NCBI GenBank assembly: GCA_900767195.1
Contig: CAAFYG010000078.1
Span: 32-64,031, forward strand
From: Clostridia bacterium
GTDB taxonomy: Bacteria > Bacillota > Clostridia > Christensenellales > Borkfalkiaceae
Direction of reading: 5' to 3'
Length of the DNA stretch: 64,000 nucleotides
Both the position numbers and the translations under genes were made by a program. Positions 16,375 to 25,225 of this stretch are shown here, piece by piece. How positions within the stretch are numbered: the stretch's first letter is position 1; every line of letters starts with the position of its first letter. The notes below the pieces were generated by a model, which worked only from the letters and a program-made list of their open reading frames with translations, had not been told where the DNA came from and made no database searches.

Positions 16375-18210
16375 TTACTCGTGTACCAGCACGGCTTTGA
16401 TCCGTCGGATTCCCGCGCCGCTCGATTGTTCTTTCACGATTTTGAATTTGCCGAGTTCTCCCGTGCTTTCCGCGTGCGGACCGCCGCAGATTTCGCGCGA
16501 GAAATCGCCGATCGAGTACGTTTTCACCACTTCGCCGTACTTGCTTTCGAAAAGCCCCGTAAAGCCTTCTTCTTTGGCTTCCGCCAGCGAAATTTCTTTC
16601 ATTTCCACGGGAATATTTTCCCTGATTTTCTCGTTCACGAGATCTTCCGTCGCTTTGATTTCTTCTTCCGTCATCGCCCGCGGGAAGTTGAAATCGAAGC
16701 GCAGCCGCTCTTCCGTAATATTCGAGCCTTTCTGATTCACGTCGCTCCCGAGTACCTTTTTCAGCGCGGCGTGCAGAAGGTGCGTAGCCGTGTGCAATCT
16801 CGTGGTTTCCGCTTTGTGATCGGCAAGACCGCACGCAAATTTGCCTTCGCTGCCTGCCTTGCTCTTTTCCTGATGTTCTTTAAAGGCTTCTTCGTACGCC
16901 GCCACGTCCACGGTAAGACCGCGCTCTTTCGCCATTTCCGCCGTGATTTCCACGGGGAAACCGTAGGTATCGTATAAATGGAACGCCTGCTTGCCGCCGA
17001 TCACCGTTTCGGGTACGTACGCGGGATCTTTCGCGCTCATAAACGCGTTTTTGCGCTCGATGCCGTTCACGCATTTTTCAAACTCTTTCAACCCCTGTTG
17101 CAGCGTTTTCGAAAATTTCGTCTCTTCCGTGTTCAGCTCTTCCGCAATGCGCGCCTTGTTGACTTCCAGCTCGGGATACACCGCTTTGTACTTTTCCACA
17201 TACGTTTCCGCGATTTTATAAAGCGCGCCTTCGGGCAGCTCGATTTTGCGCCCGTACCGCACCGCGCGGCGGATAATGCGCCGCAGAATATACCCCTGAT
17301 CGGTGTTCGAAGGCGAAATTCCCTTCTCGTCTCCGATCATAAACGTAGCCGTGCGCACATGATCGAGAAGCACGCGGAACGCCCGCGTCACTTCTTCGTT
17401 TTCGCCGTACTTCCTGCCCGTCAGCTCTTCGATTTTTTGAATCGCGTTTTCGAAAAGATCGGTTTCGTATACGCTCTTTTTGCCGTTTAAAACGCACAGC
17501 GCACGTTCAAGTCCCATGCCCGTATCCACGTTCTTCTGCTTCAATTCTTCAAACTTTCCCTCGGCGGTTTTGTTGAAACGCATGAATACGTCGTTCCAGA
17601 TTTCAAGGAACGCCCCGCACGAACAGTCGGGGTTGCACGTCGGCGAGCATTTCGGCTTGCGGATCACGAACATTTCCGTGTCCGTGCCGCAAGGGCCGGT
17701 AAGTCCCGCAGGCCCCCACCAGTTGTTTTCGCGCGGCATGAAATAGATGTTTTCCTTTTTGATGCCCGCCTTTTCCCAAAGTTCGGCGGCTTCCTCGTCG
17801 CGCGGGGCGGTATCGTCGCCCGCAAACACCGTCACGGCAAGCTTATCGGAAGGAATATGCAAATAGTTTTCGCCCGTTAAAAACTCGTAAGACCAAGGGA
17901 TCATTTCTTTCTTGAAATAATCGCCGAGCGACCAGTTGCCGAGCATTTCGAAGAACGTGCAATGCCGCTCGTCGCCCACGTCGTCGATATCGCCCGTGCG
18001 CACGCACTTCTGCACGTCGGTGAGCCGCTTGCCCGCCGGGTGTTTCTCGCCCAAAAGATACGGCACGAGCGGGTGCATGCCCGCCGTGGTGAAAAGCACG
18101 GTGGGATCGTTTTCGGGAATCAGCGAGGCGGAAGGGATCACCTTATGCCCGCGTTTTTCGAAAAATTCGAGATACATTTCGCGCAAACTTTCGCTTGTAT
18201 ATTCTTTCAT
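16375..18210 (-). CDS. alaS: Alanine--tRNA ligase, short form (catalytic + editing domains; no C-terminal C-Ala/DHHA1 domain)
   Basis: N-terminus aligns to AlaS class II core (FTTAGMHP, FFEMLGNWSLGDYFK); editing motifs HTATHLLH and CGGPH; ORF ends at 611 aa. Confidence 0.8.
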   Translation of the reverse strand: MKEYTSESLREMYLEFFEKRGHKVIPSASLIPENDPTVLFTTAGMHPLVPYLLGEKHPAGKRLTDVQKCVRTGDIDDVGDERHCTFFEMLGNWSLGDYFKKEMIPWSYEFLTGENYLHIPSDKLAVTVFAGDDTAPRDEEAAELWEKAGIKKENIYFMPRENNWWGPAGLTGPCGTDTEMFVIRKPKCSPTCNPDCSCGAFLEIWNDVFMRFNKTAEGKFEELKQKNVDTGMGLERALCVLNGKKSVYETDLFENAIQKIEELTGRKYGENEEVTRAFRVLLDHVRTATFMIGDEKGISPSNTDQGYILRRIIRRAVRYGRKIELPEGALYKIAETYVEKYKAVYPELEVNKARIAEELNTEETKFSKTLQQGLKEFEKCVNGIERKNAFMSAKDPAYVPETVIGGKQAFHLYDTYGFPVEITAEMAKERGLTVDVAAYEEAFKEHQEKSKAGSEGKFACGLADHKAETTRLHTATHLLHAALKKVLGSDVNQKGSNITEERLRFDFNFPRAMTEEEIKATEDLVNEKIRENIPVEMKEISLAEAKEEGFTGLFESKYGEVVKTYSIGDFSREICGGPHAESTGELGKFKIVKEQSSGAGIRRIKAVLVHE

Positions 18211-18265
18211 ATCGGTTTTACCTCTGTTAATTGTTAAAATTCGTTTGTTTATGTTCGCTTACGGC

Positions 18266-19678
18266 TCAGATTTTCGATAAATCGTAGCCGTCTTTTTTGT
18301 CTTTCACCGCGTAGCCTAAGTCCGCGAGTTTTTCGCGCAGCTCGTCGCTTTTTTGCCAGTCTTTCGCCGCGCGCGCCGCCTTTCTCTCTTCCGCGATCGC
18401 AAGCACGGCTTCGGGAATGGTTTCTTCGTGCGCCTTGTCGTACCACGCGAGATATTCGCACGGTTTCTTTTCGAATAAACCGAGCAGAGAGTAGGTTTTT
18501 CGCACCTGCCTTGCAAGGGCGATCGCCCTGCCGTTTTTCGCCGCAAGATCCGCGCGGATTTCTTTGAAAATCGCAAACAGATCGCTTAAAGCAAGCGCGG
18601 TGTTGAAATCGTCGTCCATCGCCGCGTCGAAGTTTTTATCTGCCTTTCCGGCATAAGCAATATCATCGCCGCTTGCCTGCAAACCCGCCGCTTCCGCTTT
18701 ATCCGCCTCGTCAAGCACAAGATAAAAATCGCGCATGTGCTTTTCGGCCTCGGGGAAAAGATCGTTTGTAATATTGATATCGCCGCGGTAATTCGTCTGC
18801 AAAAGCGCGAATTTAATCGCTTCGTCCGAATACTTATCGAGAAGATCGGAAAGAAGCAGACTGTTCCCGAGCGACTTGCTCATTTTCTGCCCGTTCACTT
18901 TGATTAAGCCGTTGTGCGTCCAGTATTTCACAAACCGCTTGCCCGTAAGAGCTTCGCTCTGCGCGATTTCGTTTTCGTGGTGCGGAAAGATAAGATCTCT
19001 GCCGCCGCCGTGCAGATCGATCTGATCGCCGAACGCCGCGCGGTTCATCGCCGAACATTCGATATGCCACCCCGGGCGACCTTTGCCCCACGGCGAATCC
19101 CACGCGATTTCGCCCGGTTTCGCCGCCTTCCACAGCGCGAAATCGTAGGCGTGCTTTTTCTGTTCGTCGTTGTCCACGCGCACGCCGTCGAGCGCGTCTT
19201 CGAGATTGCGCCCCGATAAATGACCGTAGGCGGGATAGGTGTCCACGTCGAAATAAACACAGCCGTCCGCCGTGGCGTAGGCATGACCTTTATCGATCAG
19301 ACCCTGAATGAAAGAGATAATATTGCCGATATTTTCGGTGGCTTTCAGCCAAAGATCCGGATCGTCCACATGGAATCGGCGCATCACGCCGTTGATATTT
19401 TCGATCATTTTCGCCGCGTAAAGCTCGGCGGGAATCCCGGTTTCGCGGGATTTCATAATAATTTTATCGTCCACGTCGGTGTAGTTGCGCGCGTAGGTAA
19501 CGTCGAAACCCTTTTTTTCGAGATATTTGCGCATAATGTCGTAAATGAGAGCCTGATAGCCATGCCCCACATGCGCCTCTCCGGAAACGGTGATGCCGCA
19601 CGCGTACATTTTCACCTTTCCTTTTTCCATAGGGACGAATTCTTCTTTTTGCCTTGTCAACGAATTATAAATTTTCAT
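18266..19678 (-). CDS. cysS: Cysteine--tRNA ligase
   Basis: HVGH (HIGH) and KMSKS motifs, 470 aa. Confidence 0.95.
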   Translation of the reverse strand: MKIYNSLTRQKEEFVPMEKGKVKMYACGITVSGEAHVGHGYQALIYDIMRKYLEKKGFDVTYARNYTDVDDKIIMKSRETGIPAELYAAKMIENINGVMRRFHVDDPDLWLKATENIGNIISFIQGLIDKGHAYATADGCVYFDVDTYPAYGHLSGRNLEDALDGVRVDNDEQKKHAYDFALWKAAKPGEIAWDSPWGKGRPGWHIECSAMNRAAFGDQIDLHGGGRDLIFPHHENEIAQSEALTGKRFVKYWTHNGLIKVNGQKMSKSLGNSLLLSDLLDKYSDEAIKFALLQTNYRGDINITNDLFPEAEKHMRDFYLVLDEADKAEAAGLQASGDDIAYAGKADKNFDAAMDDDFNTALALSDLFAIFKEIRADLAAKNGRAIALARQVRKTYSLLGLFEKKPCEYLAWYDKAHEETIPEAVLAIAEERKAARAAKDWQKSDELREKLADLGYAVKDKKDGYDLSKI

Positions 19679-19699
19679 AGTATTGCCTTTTTGATTTTT

Positions 19700-19832
19700 G
19701 CCTTATTCCAAGGCTTCCCCTTGCTTCATTTTGCTTACCGCAAAATTCAGCAAAAATTGTCAGCCTATTTCATAGGCTTCCCCTCGGGGGGAAGCTGTCC
19801 GTGAAACGGACGGATGAGGGGCAGTAACACAT
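19700..19832. repeat. Mosaic palindromic repeat cluster (family member C)
   Basis: 'ccaaggcttccccttgcttcattttgcttaccgcaaaattcagcaaaaattgtcagcc' + 'ggcttcccctcggggggaagc' + 'gacggatgaggggcagtaac'; shares modules with loci at 22305 and 11060. Confidence 0.7.
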
Positions 19833-19860
19833 TAAGCGTAAAGCAATCAAGAGCGCACGC

Positions 19861-20499
19861 TTATTCGCAAATGAAGAACAAGCCGTCTACGGCATACTCT
19901 TCCATCGCCGCGTCTATCATTTCCGCATTATGCACTTTATTCACAAGCAGATACGAAATCACCACGTCTTTCACCACCGCGTAATCAAAGCGCATGCCGC
20001 AAATTCCCATCAGAGCTTCGGTGTCCTGCACGGAAAAGCCGCAAGCCAGAGCCAGAGTGAAAAGCAGGTTTTTCGTAGGGTAATACGCCCCTTTCAAAAG
20101 CCGCTTTTTCGTTTTTTCGCTAATGTCCGTCACGCTAAGAGCCTGCTCGGCGGTAATCGAATACTTCGCGCAAACGCCCGCAAACACCTTTTTAAACGAG
20201 TACTTCGAGCGGTTACATCGACCGCGCTCGAAAAATCCGAGCGGACGAAACGAAAACGAAAACGTATAATCCGCCATGCGCTCTTTCAGCTGCGATAAAA
20301 GCGAAGCTTTGTTTTCCTGCAAACTCAGCCGCATCGTTTCGGGCGGAAGCGTGTAGGAATAATCCGTGCCGTCCTCGCGCCGCTGCGTCGTCTGCATTTT
20401 GGGCATCACGTAGCCTTTCAGCACGCACATTCTGTCGTAATTGGCGTACTTTTCGCAAAAATAATCGTCGAGATCGGCAACGAAAGCGTATTTTTCCAC
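19861..20499 (-). CDS. Hypothetical protein with C-terminal degenerate HTH-like segment
   Basis: 212 aa; GTG start with GGGAGAG RBS; 'ISEKTKKRLLKGAYYPTKNLLFTLALACGFSVQDTEAL' resembles an HTH_3 core. Confidence 0.5.
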   Translation of the reverse strand: MEKYAFVADLDDYFCEKYANYDRMCVLKGYVMPKMQTTQRREDGTDYSYTLPPETMRLSLQENKASLLSQLKERMADYTFSFSFRPLGFFERGRCNRSKYSFKKVFAGVCAKYSITAEQALSVTDISEKTKKRLLKGAYYPTKNLLFTLALACGFSVQDTEALMGICGMRFDYAVVKDVVISYLLVNKVHNAEMIDAAMEEYAVDGLFFICE

Positions 20500-20826
20500 G
20501 ATTTTCTCTCCCTTACGCCGCCGTTTTTTCTTCGCGAAACCCGCAAAAAAGGTACACCGCGCGCGATTTTAATTATTATAGCATATTTTGCTTAAAAATA
20601 CAACTGTTTATTGCCGAAACGCCGTGCAAATTTTTAACTTTTCTTTTCTCCGTTTCCGCCTCTTTTTTCGTGCGTCTTTTTCGCGCCGGACTGTTGCAAT
20701 TTGTATTTTTTTGTGCGTTTCGATAATTTTTTTATAAAAACTATCCCGAAACACTTGCATTTTTGTGAATTTTGTGATAAATTTTAATAGCAAAGCGAAT
20801 TTACCGAAAGAGGATAACCAGAAAAA

Positions 20827-21585
20827 ATGAAACGCGAAAGAATCGAAGAACTTGCGGAACTGATCAACAAGCGCGGCAAGATGACGCTCGAACAATTAGA
20901 AGAATACTTCCCCAAAGTATCGCAGATGACGCTCAGGCGCGATCTTTTCCAGCTCGAAGAAGAGGGGAAAATTATCCGTATCCGCGGCGGCGCGCTCTCC
21001 GTAAAAGACGTGCAGAAAACCTCGGGCGAGCCGTACGTGAAAAAAACCACCCTGCACACCGACGAAAAAATCGCCATCGCGCAAAAGGCGGCAATGCTTG
21101 TGGACGAAGGCACGTCGATTTTCATCGACGGCGGCACAACGGCGCTCTATTTTGCCAAGGAACTGCCCGATATGAAGTGCAACGTGTTTACGAACGGCAT
21201 CGCCGTGGCGCAGGAACTCGCGCAGAAGAAAAACGTCACCGTCAATCTTCTCGGCGGACTTTTGATCAAAGACAATTTATCCACGGCTTCGCCGCTCGCG
21301 GCGCAGTATTTTGCGGACACAAACTTCGAGCTTGCGATTATTTCGGCGTCGGCGTTCACGCCGGAAAGCGGCTTTTCGTGCGGCGCGCAGGTGGAAGCGG
21401 ATCTTTTGCGTTTTGTGCGCAAAAAGGCGAAATTCGTGTACATGATGCTCGATTCCTCGAAAATCGGCAAGATCATGCCCTACACGTTCGCCCGCCCCGA
21501 AGATATCAACGTGCTGATCACCGACGAAGCCTTCCCGCAGTCGCTCAAAGAGCAATTCAAAGAAAAAGACATCGTGGTGATGTAA
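20827..21585 (+). CDS. DeoR/GlpR family transcriptional regulator
   Basis: N-terminal HTH 'MTLEQLEEYFPKVSQMTLRRDL', C-terminal sugar-binding DeoRC-like domain. Confidence 0.85.
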   Translation: MKRERIEELAELINKRGKMTLEQLEEYFPKVSQMTLRRDLFQLEEEGKIIRIRGGALSVKDVQKTSGEPYVKKTTLHTDEKIAIAQKAAMLVDEGTSIFIDGGTTALYFAKELPDMKCNVFTNGIAVAQELAQKKNVTVNLLGGLLIKDNLSTASPLAAQYFADTNFELAIISASAFTPESGFSCGAQVEADLLRFVRKKAKFVYMMLDSSKIGKIMPYTFARPEDINVLITDEAFPQSLKEQFKEKDIVVM

Positions 21586-21647
21586 AGCGATGCAAAGTGA
21601 TGTAAAACGATGCAACCGGCAACAACCGGAAATAAAACAAACGACAA

Positions 21648-21683
21648 AACGCCCCGGGAGATCATTCCCGAGGCGTTTTTATT
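21648..21683. terminator. Bidirectional rho-independent terminator between DeoR-family gene and LOG-family gene
   Basis: AACGCCCCGGGAG-atcatt-CCCGAGGCGTT-TTTATT. Confidence 0.6.
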
Positions 21684-21700
21684 GTGATTTTATGCGGTTT

Positions 21701-22273
21701 TTACTCTCTGCCGATCCCCTGATGGCGGCGCGTATAGAGATGGATTTTCTCGTTTAAAATTTTCATCGCCTGTTCGGGAGTAGTCACGCCGAACACTTTA
21801 TCGTCCGGCAGATTTTCGTATCGCACCACGTCGTCGAGTCTCATGCCCGCAAGTTTTTCGCTCCATCCGCCCGAATTTTCAAACGCGATCACAAGGCGGT
21901 TAAACGACCAGGCAAACGAATATTCGCAAAGCGTACCCGCGCCGCCGCCGATGCCGATCACCGCGTCCGCATTGGCAACGAGAGCGTTTCTCATCACGTC
22001 GAGTCCCGTCGGCACGGCAATATCGGCGTATTCGTTGGCGATTTCGGTATCGAACGACGGCACAAGCGCGATGGTATCGCCCTCTTTATATTTTTCGCTT
22101 GCGTGCGCGCCTTTCATCACCGCGCGCATAATGCCGCCGAGACCGCCCGATTGCACTCTATACCCGTTATCCACAAGCGCCTTGCCCGTTTCGAAGGCGA
22201 GTTTATATCTGAGCGAGCCTTCTTCCACGGCTCTGTTCCCGATCACGGAAACCACTTTTCTTCTTTCATTCAT
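21701..22273 (-). CDS. LOG/TIGR00725-family Rossmann-fold nucleotide-binding protein
   Basis: 190 aa; 'VIGIGGGAGTLCE' and PGGxGTxxE-like motifs typical of LOG/YvdD-like proteins. Confidence 0.65.
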   Translation of the reverse strand: MNERRKVVSVIGNRAVEEGSLRYKLAFETGKALVDNGYRVQSGGLGGIMRAVMKGAHASEKYKEGDTIALVPSFDTEIANEYADIAVPTGLDVMRNALVANADAVIGIGGGAGTLCEYSFAWSFNRLVIAFENSGGWSEKLAGMRLDDVVRYENLPDDKVFGVTTPEQAMKILNEKIHLYTRRHQGIGRE

Positions 22274-22304
22274 AGCAATATCTCCTTGTTAAAATATCTA
22301 TGCC

Positions 22305-22625
22305 TCTTTCCAAGGCTTCCCCTTGCTTCATTTTGCTCAACGCAAAACTCAGCAAAAATTGTCAGCCTCTTCGTGGCTTCCCCTTGCTTCATTTTGCTCA
22401 ATGCAAAATTCAGCAAAAATTGTCAGCCACTTCGTGGCTTCCCCTCGGGGGGAGGCTCTGCCCGATAGGGCGGTGGTGAGGGGCGTAGCATATTATGCTT
22501 AGCCCATTTTTGGTTTTCTGAATATTCCGGAAGGAATTTCCGAAAATCAAGGGGCGTAGCATTTTATGCGCAGCCCATTTTTTTGATTGAAAAATTTCGA
22601 TGAATTTTTTCAATCAAAGAGCGCA
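22305..22625. repeat. Mosaic palindromic repeat cluster (family member D, largest)
   Basis: Two tandem copies of 'ggcttccccttgcttcattttgctcaaCgcaaaaCtcagcaaaaattgtcagcc', 'ggcttcccctcggggggaggc', 'ggcggtggtgaggggcgtagc', then palindromic 'gattttc...gaaaatcaagggg' units. Confidence 0.75.
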
Positions 22626-22741
22626 ACATAACTCTTTAACGCCCGAATTTTCTTCGGCAAAGAAATGCGAAGCTTATCATTCGCGGCTCAGCCTTTTTAC
22701 GCCAAACTCAACACGCGAATCAGAAGCGAGCGTTTCGCGGC

Positions 22742-23701
22742 TTAAAGTCCGCGAGCCAAAGCGTACGCCCCCCAGATTCCCGCGTCGTTTCCGAGCGTAG
22801 CTTTTTCGATCTTCAAAGGCACGAATTCCACCGAAGTATATAATTTCTTTTCCACCGCCGCGCGAAGCGGAGCAAATAAATACTCGCCCTCGTTCGAAAC
22901 GCCGCCGCCGAGAAGAATCGCTTCGGGGCGCAACACGTTCGCAAGATTCGCAAGTCCCACCGCGAGATGTTCCACATACTCGTCTACGATTTCCTTGCCC
23001 CGCGCATCCCCTGCACGCGCCGCTAAAAACGCCGTCTTACCGTCTACGTTTTCCAGCTTTCCGCCTGCGATTTCCCACATTTTCGTAGTGAGATCCAGCT
23101 GCATTTTCCATTTCGTCAGTCGAATCAGAGCCGAAGCGGAAGTATACGCTTCAAGGCAACCGTGCCTGCCGCATGTGCAGAGCGCGCCGCCTTCGCAAAT
23201 CACCATATGCCCCACTTCCGCGCCCGCGCTTTTATATCCTTCGAGCAGCTTTCCGTCCACGATAATACCGCCGCCCACGCCCGTGCCGAGCGTGATTAAA
23301 ATGCTGCTGCCGTACTCTTTGCCCGCGCCGAATTTCGCTTCGCCGAGCGCGGCAACGTTCGCGTCGTTGCTCATTTTAATCTCGGCAACGCCCGTCTTTT
23401 CGCGCATTTTTTCGCCGAGCGGCACTTTAACCCACCCGTAATTCGCCCAACGCACCACCACGCCGGTCGTCACGTCGATATATCCCGGCACGGCCATGCC
23501 GATCGCCTCCACGTTTTCAGGCGCAACGCCCGCTTCCGCGGCAAGCTCTTTGCAAAGCGCCGCCATTTTATCCACCGTGCCTTCGAATCCGTCCTCCGGC
23601 TTCGTTGCCACAGACTTCTTTTGAATCAGCGCGCCGTCCTCGCCGAAAATCGCGCCTTTCGCGCTCATACCGCCCAGATCGATACCGATGTAGTGTTTCA
23701 T
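22742..23701 (-). CDS. glcK: ROK family glucokinase
   Basis: MKHYIGIDLGG start with AAGGAGAA RBS; ROK zinc motif CxCGxxGCLE; ORF frame extends to 23803. Confidence 0.85.
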   Translation of the reverse strand: MKHYIGIDLGGMSAKGAIFGEDGALIQKKSVATKPEDGFEGTVDKMAALCKELAAEAGVAPENVEAIGMAVPGYIDVTTGVVVRWANYGWVKVPLGEKMREKTGVAEIKMSNDANVAALGEAKFGAGKEYGSSILITLGTGVGGGIIVDGKLLEGYKSAGAEVGHMVICEGGALCTCGRHGCLEAYTSASALIRLTKWKMQLDLTTKMWEIAGGKLENVDGKTAFLAARAGDARGKEIVDEYVEHLAVGLANLANVLRPEAILLGGGVSNEGEYLFAPLRAAVEKKLYTSVEFVPLKIEKATLGNDAGIWGAYALARGL

Positions 23702-24011
23702 TGTGTTCTCCTTACTGTTTTTTATTCGCGGTTTTTCCCGCCGTTCAATTCGCCGACTTATTCGGCTTTCCTGTATTATAACACATTTTCTTGTATTTTT
23801 CAAGACGGGAAAGCAAAAATTTTTCCGAATTTTGTAAATTTTACCGTTTTTTTCGTTATTCTCTCCGCCGCGAGCCGCCGCAACGCAAACAGCGCAAGCG
23901 CGCCGCGCCGTACAATATCCCGCGCCGCCGGCGATAAAATGTGCCGCAAGTTGAATTTCCGGCTCTCTTCGGGAATAAAAGTAAAATCGAGCTTATATTT
24001 TTCCCCGTCCG

Positions 24012-25154
24012 TCATTCGCCCCGCTCAAAATCGCCGAGATAATCCAGGCAGCGGCGGAACGCGGTGGGAAAAGCCACCGTTTCGCGCAATTTTTCCGCCG
24101 AAGCCGCTTCAAACGGCGCGCTTTCCGCCGTCACCGTAAACGCCGTTACGTTCCACTTCACATGCGTGAAAATATGCGTATAGCGATGCTTTTTCAAAAT
24201 CTTCGCGCCCGAAACGCCCTGCTCTTTCAGTATACGCAACGCGCGCGCGTTTTCGTCCGTCCCGCCGCCCGCGCCTGAATCATCGCCGAAATCCACGGTT
24301 TTTGAAGGAAACTCGTTCAAGCCGCGCAAAACGCCCGTATTTCGCTTTCTGAAAGCGATCCCGCGCTCCGTCGATATCACGAACGCGTAAATATTTTCCT
24401 CGCGCTTGGGCTTTTTTTCGGGCACTACGGGGTATTCCGCTTCCGCGCCGCAAGCATGCGCGATACACATTGCGCTAAGCGGACACTCGCCGCACGCAGG
24501 CGAACGGGGCGTGCAAACAAGCGCGCCGAGCTCCATCAGAGCCTGCGTAAAATCGGAACAGCCCTGCGGCGTTTTCGGATAAGCGGGCGCAAGCAAGGCT
24601 TTTAAGCGCGCTTTGAAATTCTCGTCCGAAATTTCCGTGCCGTCTGCGGAAAGACGGGCGCACACGCGCAGCACGTTTCCGTCCACGGCGGGCGCGGGCA
24701 AGCCGAACGCGATCGAGCGGATCGCCCCCACGGTGTAATCGCCGATGCCGGGCAGCGCGCGCAGCGATTTTTCGTCCGACGGAAATTTTCCGCCGTACTC
24801 TTCGCACACGATTTTCGCCGTTTTGTGCAGGTTGCGCGCGCGGGAATAATAGCCTAAGCCTTCCCAGAGTTTCATCAGCGTTTCTTCGTCGCATGCGGCT
24901 AAGTCTTCCACGGCGGGCAGCGCGCTTAAAAAGCGCAGATAATACTCGCGCGCCGCTTCCACGCGCGTTTGCTGCAACATGATTTCCGATACCCACACGC
25001 GATAGGGCGTGGGATTTTCCCGCCAGGGCAAATCGCGCTTATTCGCCGAAAACCACGCCGTGAGCGGCGCGGTGATCGCGCAGAAATCAAAATCTTCCGC
25101 CCGATTTCCGCCGCCCCCGCCGCGATTCTTTTGTCCGTTCCGTCCGTTTTCCAT
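24012..25154 (-). CDS. mutY: A/G-specific adenine DNA glycosylase MutY (with Gly-rich N-terminal extension)
   Basis: HhH-GPD 'LPGIGDYTVGAI', 4Fe-4S cluster C-x6-C-x2-C-x5-C, C-terminal NUDIX-like domain. Confidence 0.85.
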   Translation of the reverse strand: MENGRNGQKNRGGGGGNRAEDFDFCAITAPLTAWFSANKRDLPWRENPTPYRVWVSEIMLQQTRVEAAREYYLRFLSALPAVEDLAACDEETLMKLWEGLGYYSRARNLHKTAKIVCEEYGGKFPSDEKSLRALPGIGDYTVGAIRSIAFGLPAPAVDGNVLRVCARLSADGTEISDENFKARLKALLAPAYPKTPQGCSDFTQALMELGALVCTPRSPACGECPLSAMCIAHACGAEAEYPVVPEKKPKREENIYAFVISTERGIAFRKRNTGVLRGLNEFPSKTVDFGDDSGAGGGTDENARALRILKEQGVSGAKILKKHRYTHIFTHVKWNVTAFTVTAESAPFEAASAEKLRETVAFPTAFRRCLDYLGDFERGE

Positions 25155-25225
25155 ACGCACCCGTTATTTAAGGCAATGCCGCACAGAAATTGTGCGGCAC
25201 TCTTTCTTATGTCAATTCAAAAACT

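Noticed and set aside
15157-16977. Very long ORFs (606 aa here; also 398 aa at 25373-26569, 378 aa at 28102-29238, 365 aa at 5478-6575 and 7164-8261) on the strand opposite to well-supported genes
   Set aside because: They lie antisense to ftsH/alaS, the GH2 gene, the beta-helix gene and the ABC transporter. Their translations are Arg/His/Phe-rich low-complexity and typical of GC-rich antisense frames. No RBS and no family resemblance.
19679-19860. T-box leader upstream of cysS-alaS (and upstream of lysS/greA)
   Set aside because: No AGGGUGGNACCGCG T-box motif or specifier-loop architecture seen. The cysS upstream region is occupied by repeat cluster C.
22475-22500. tRNA-like start 'GGGGCGTAGC' occurring in several repeat clusters
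   Set aside because: Not followed by D-loop (AGCTCAGTTGG) or T-loop (GGTTCGAATCC) sequences. It is part of the repeat module, not a tRNA gene.
22305-22625. Possibility that the repeat clusters are CRISPR arrays
   Set aside because: Units are imperfect palindromes of differing length and type, not identical direct repeats separated by unique spacers of constant size. No cas genes in the window.
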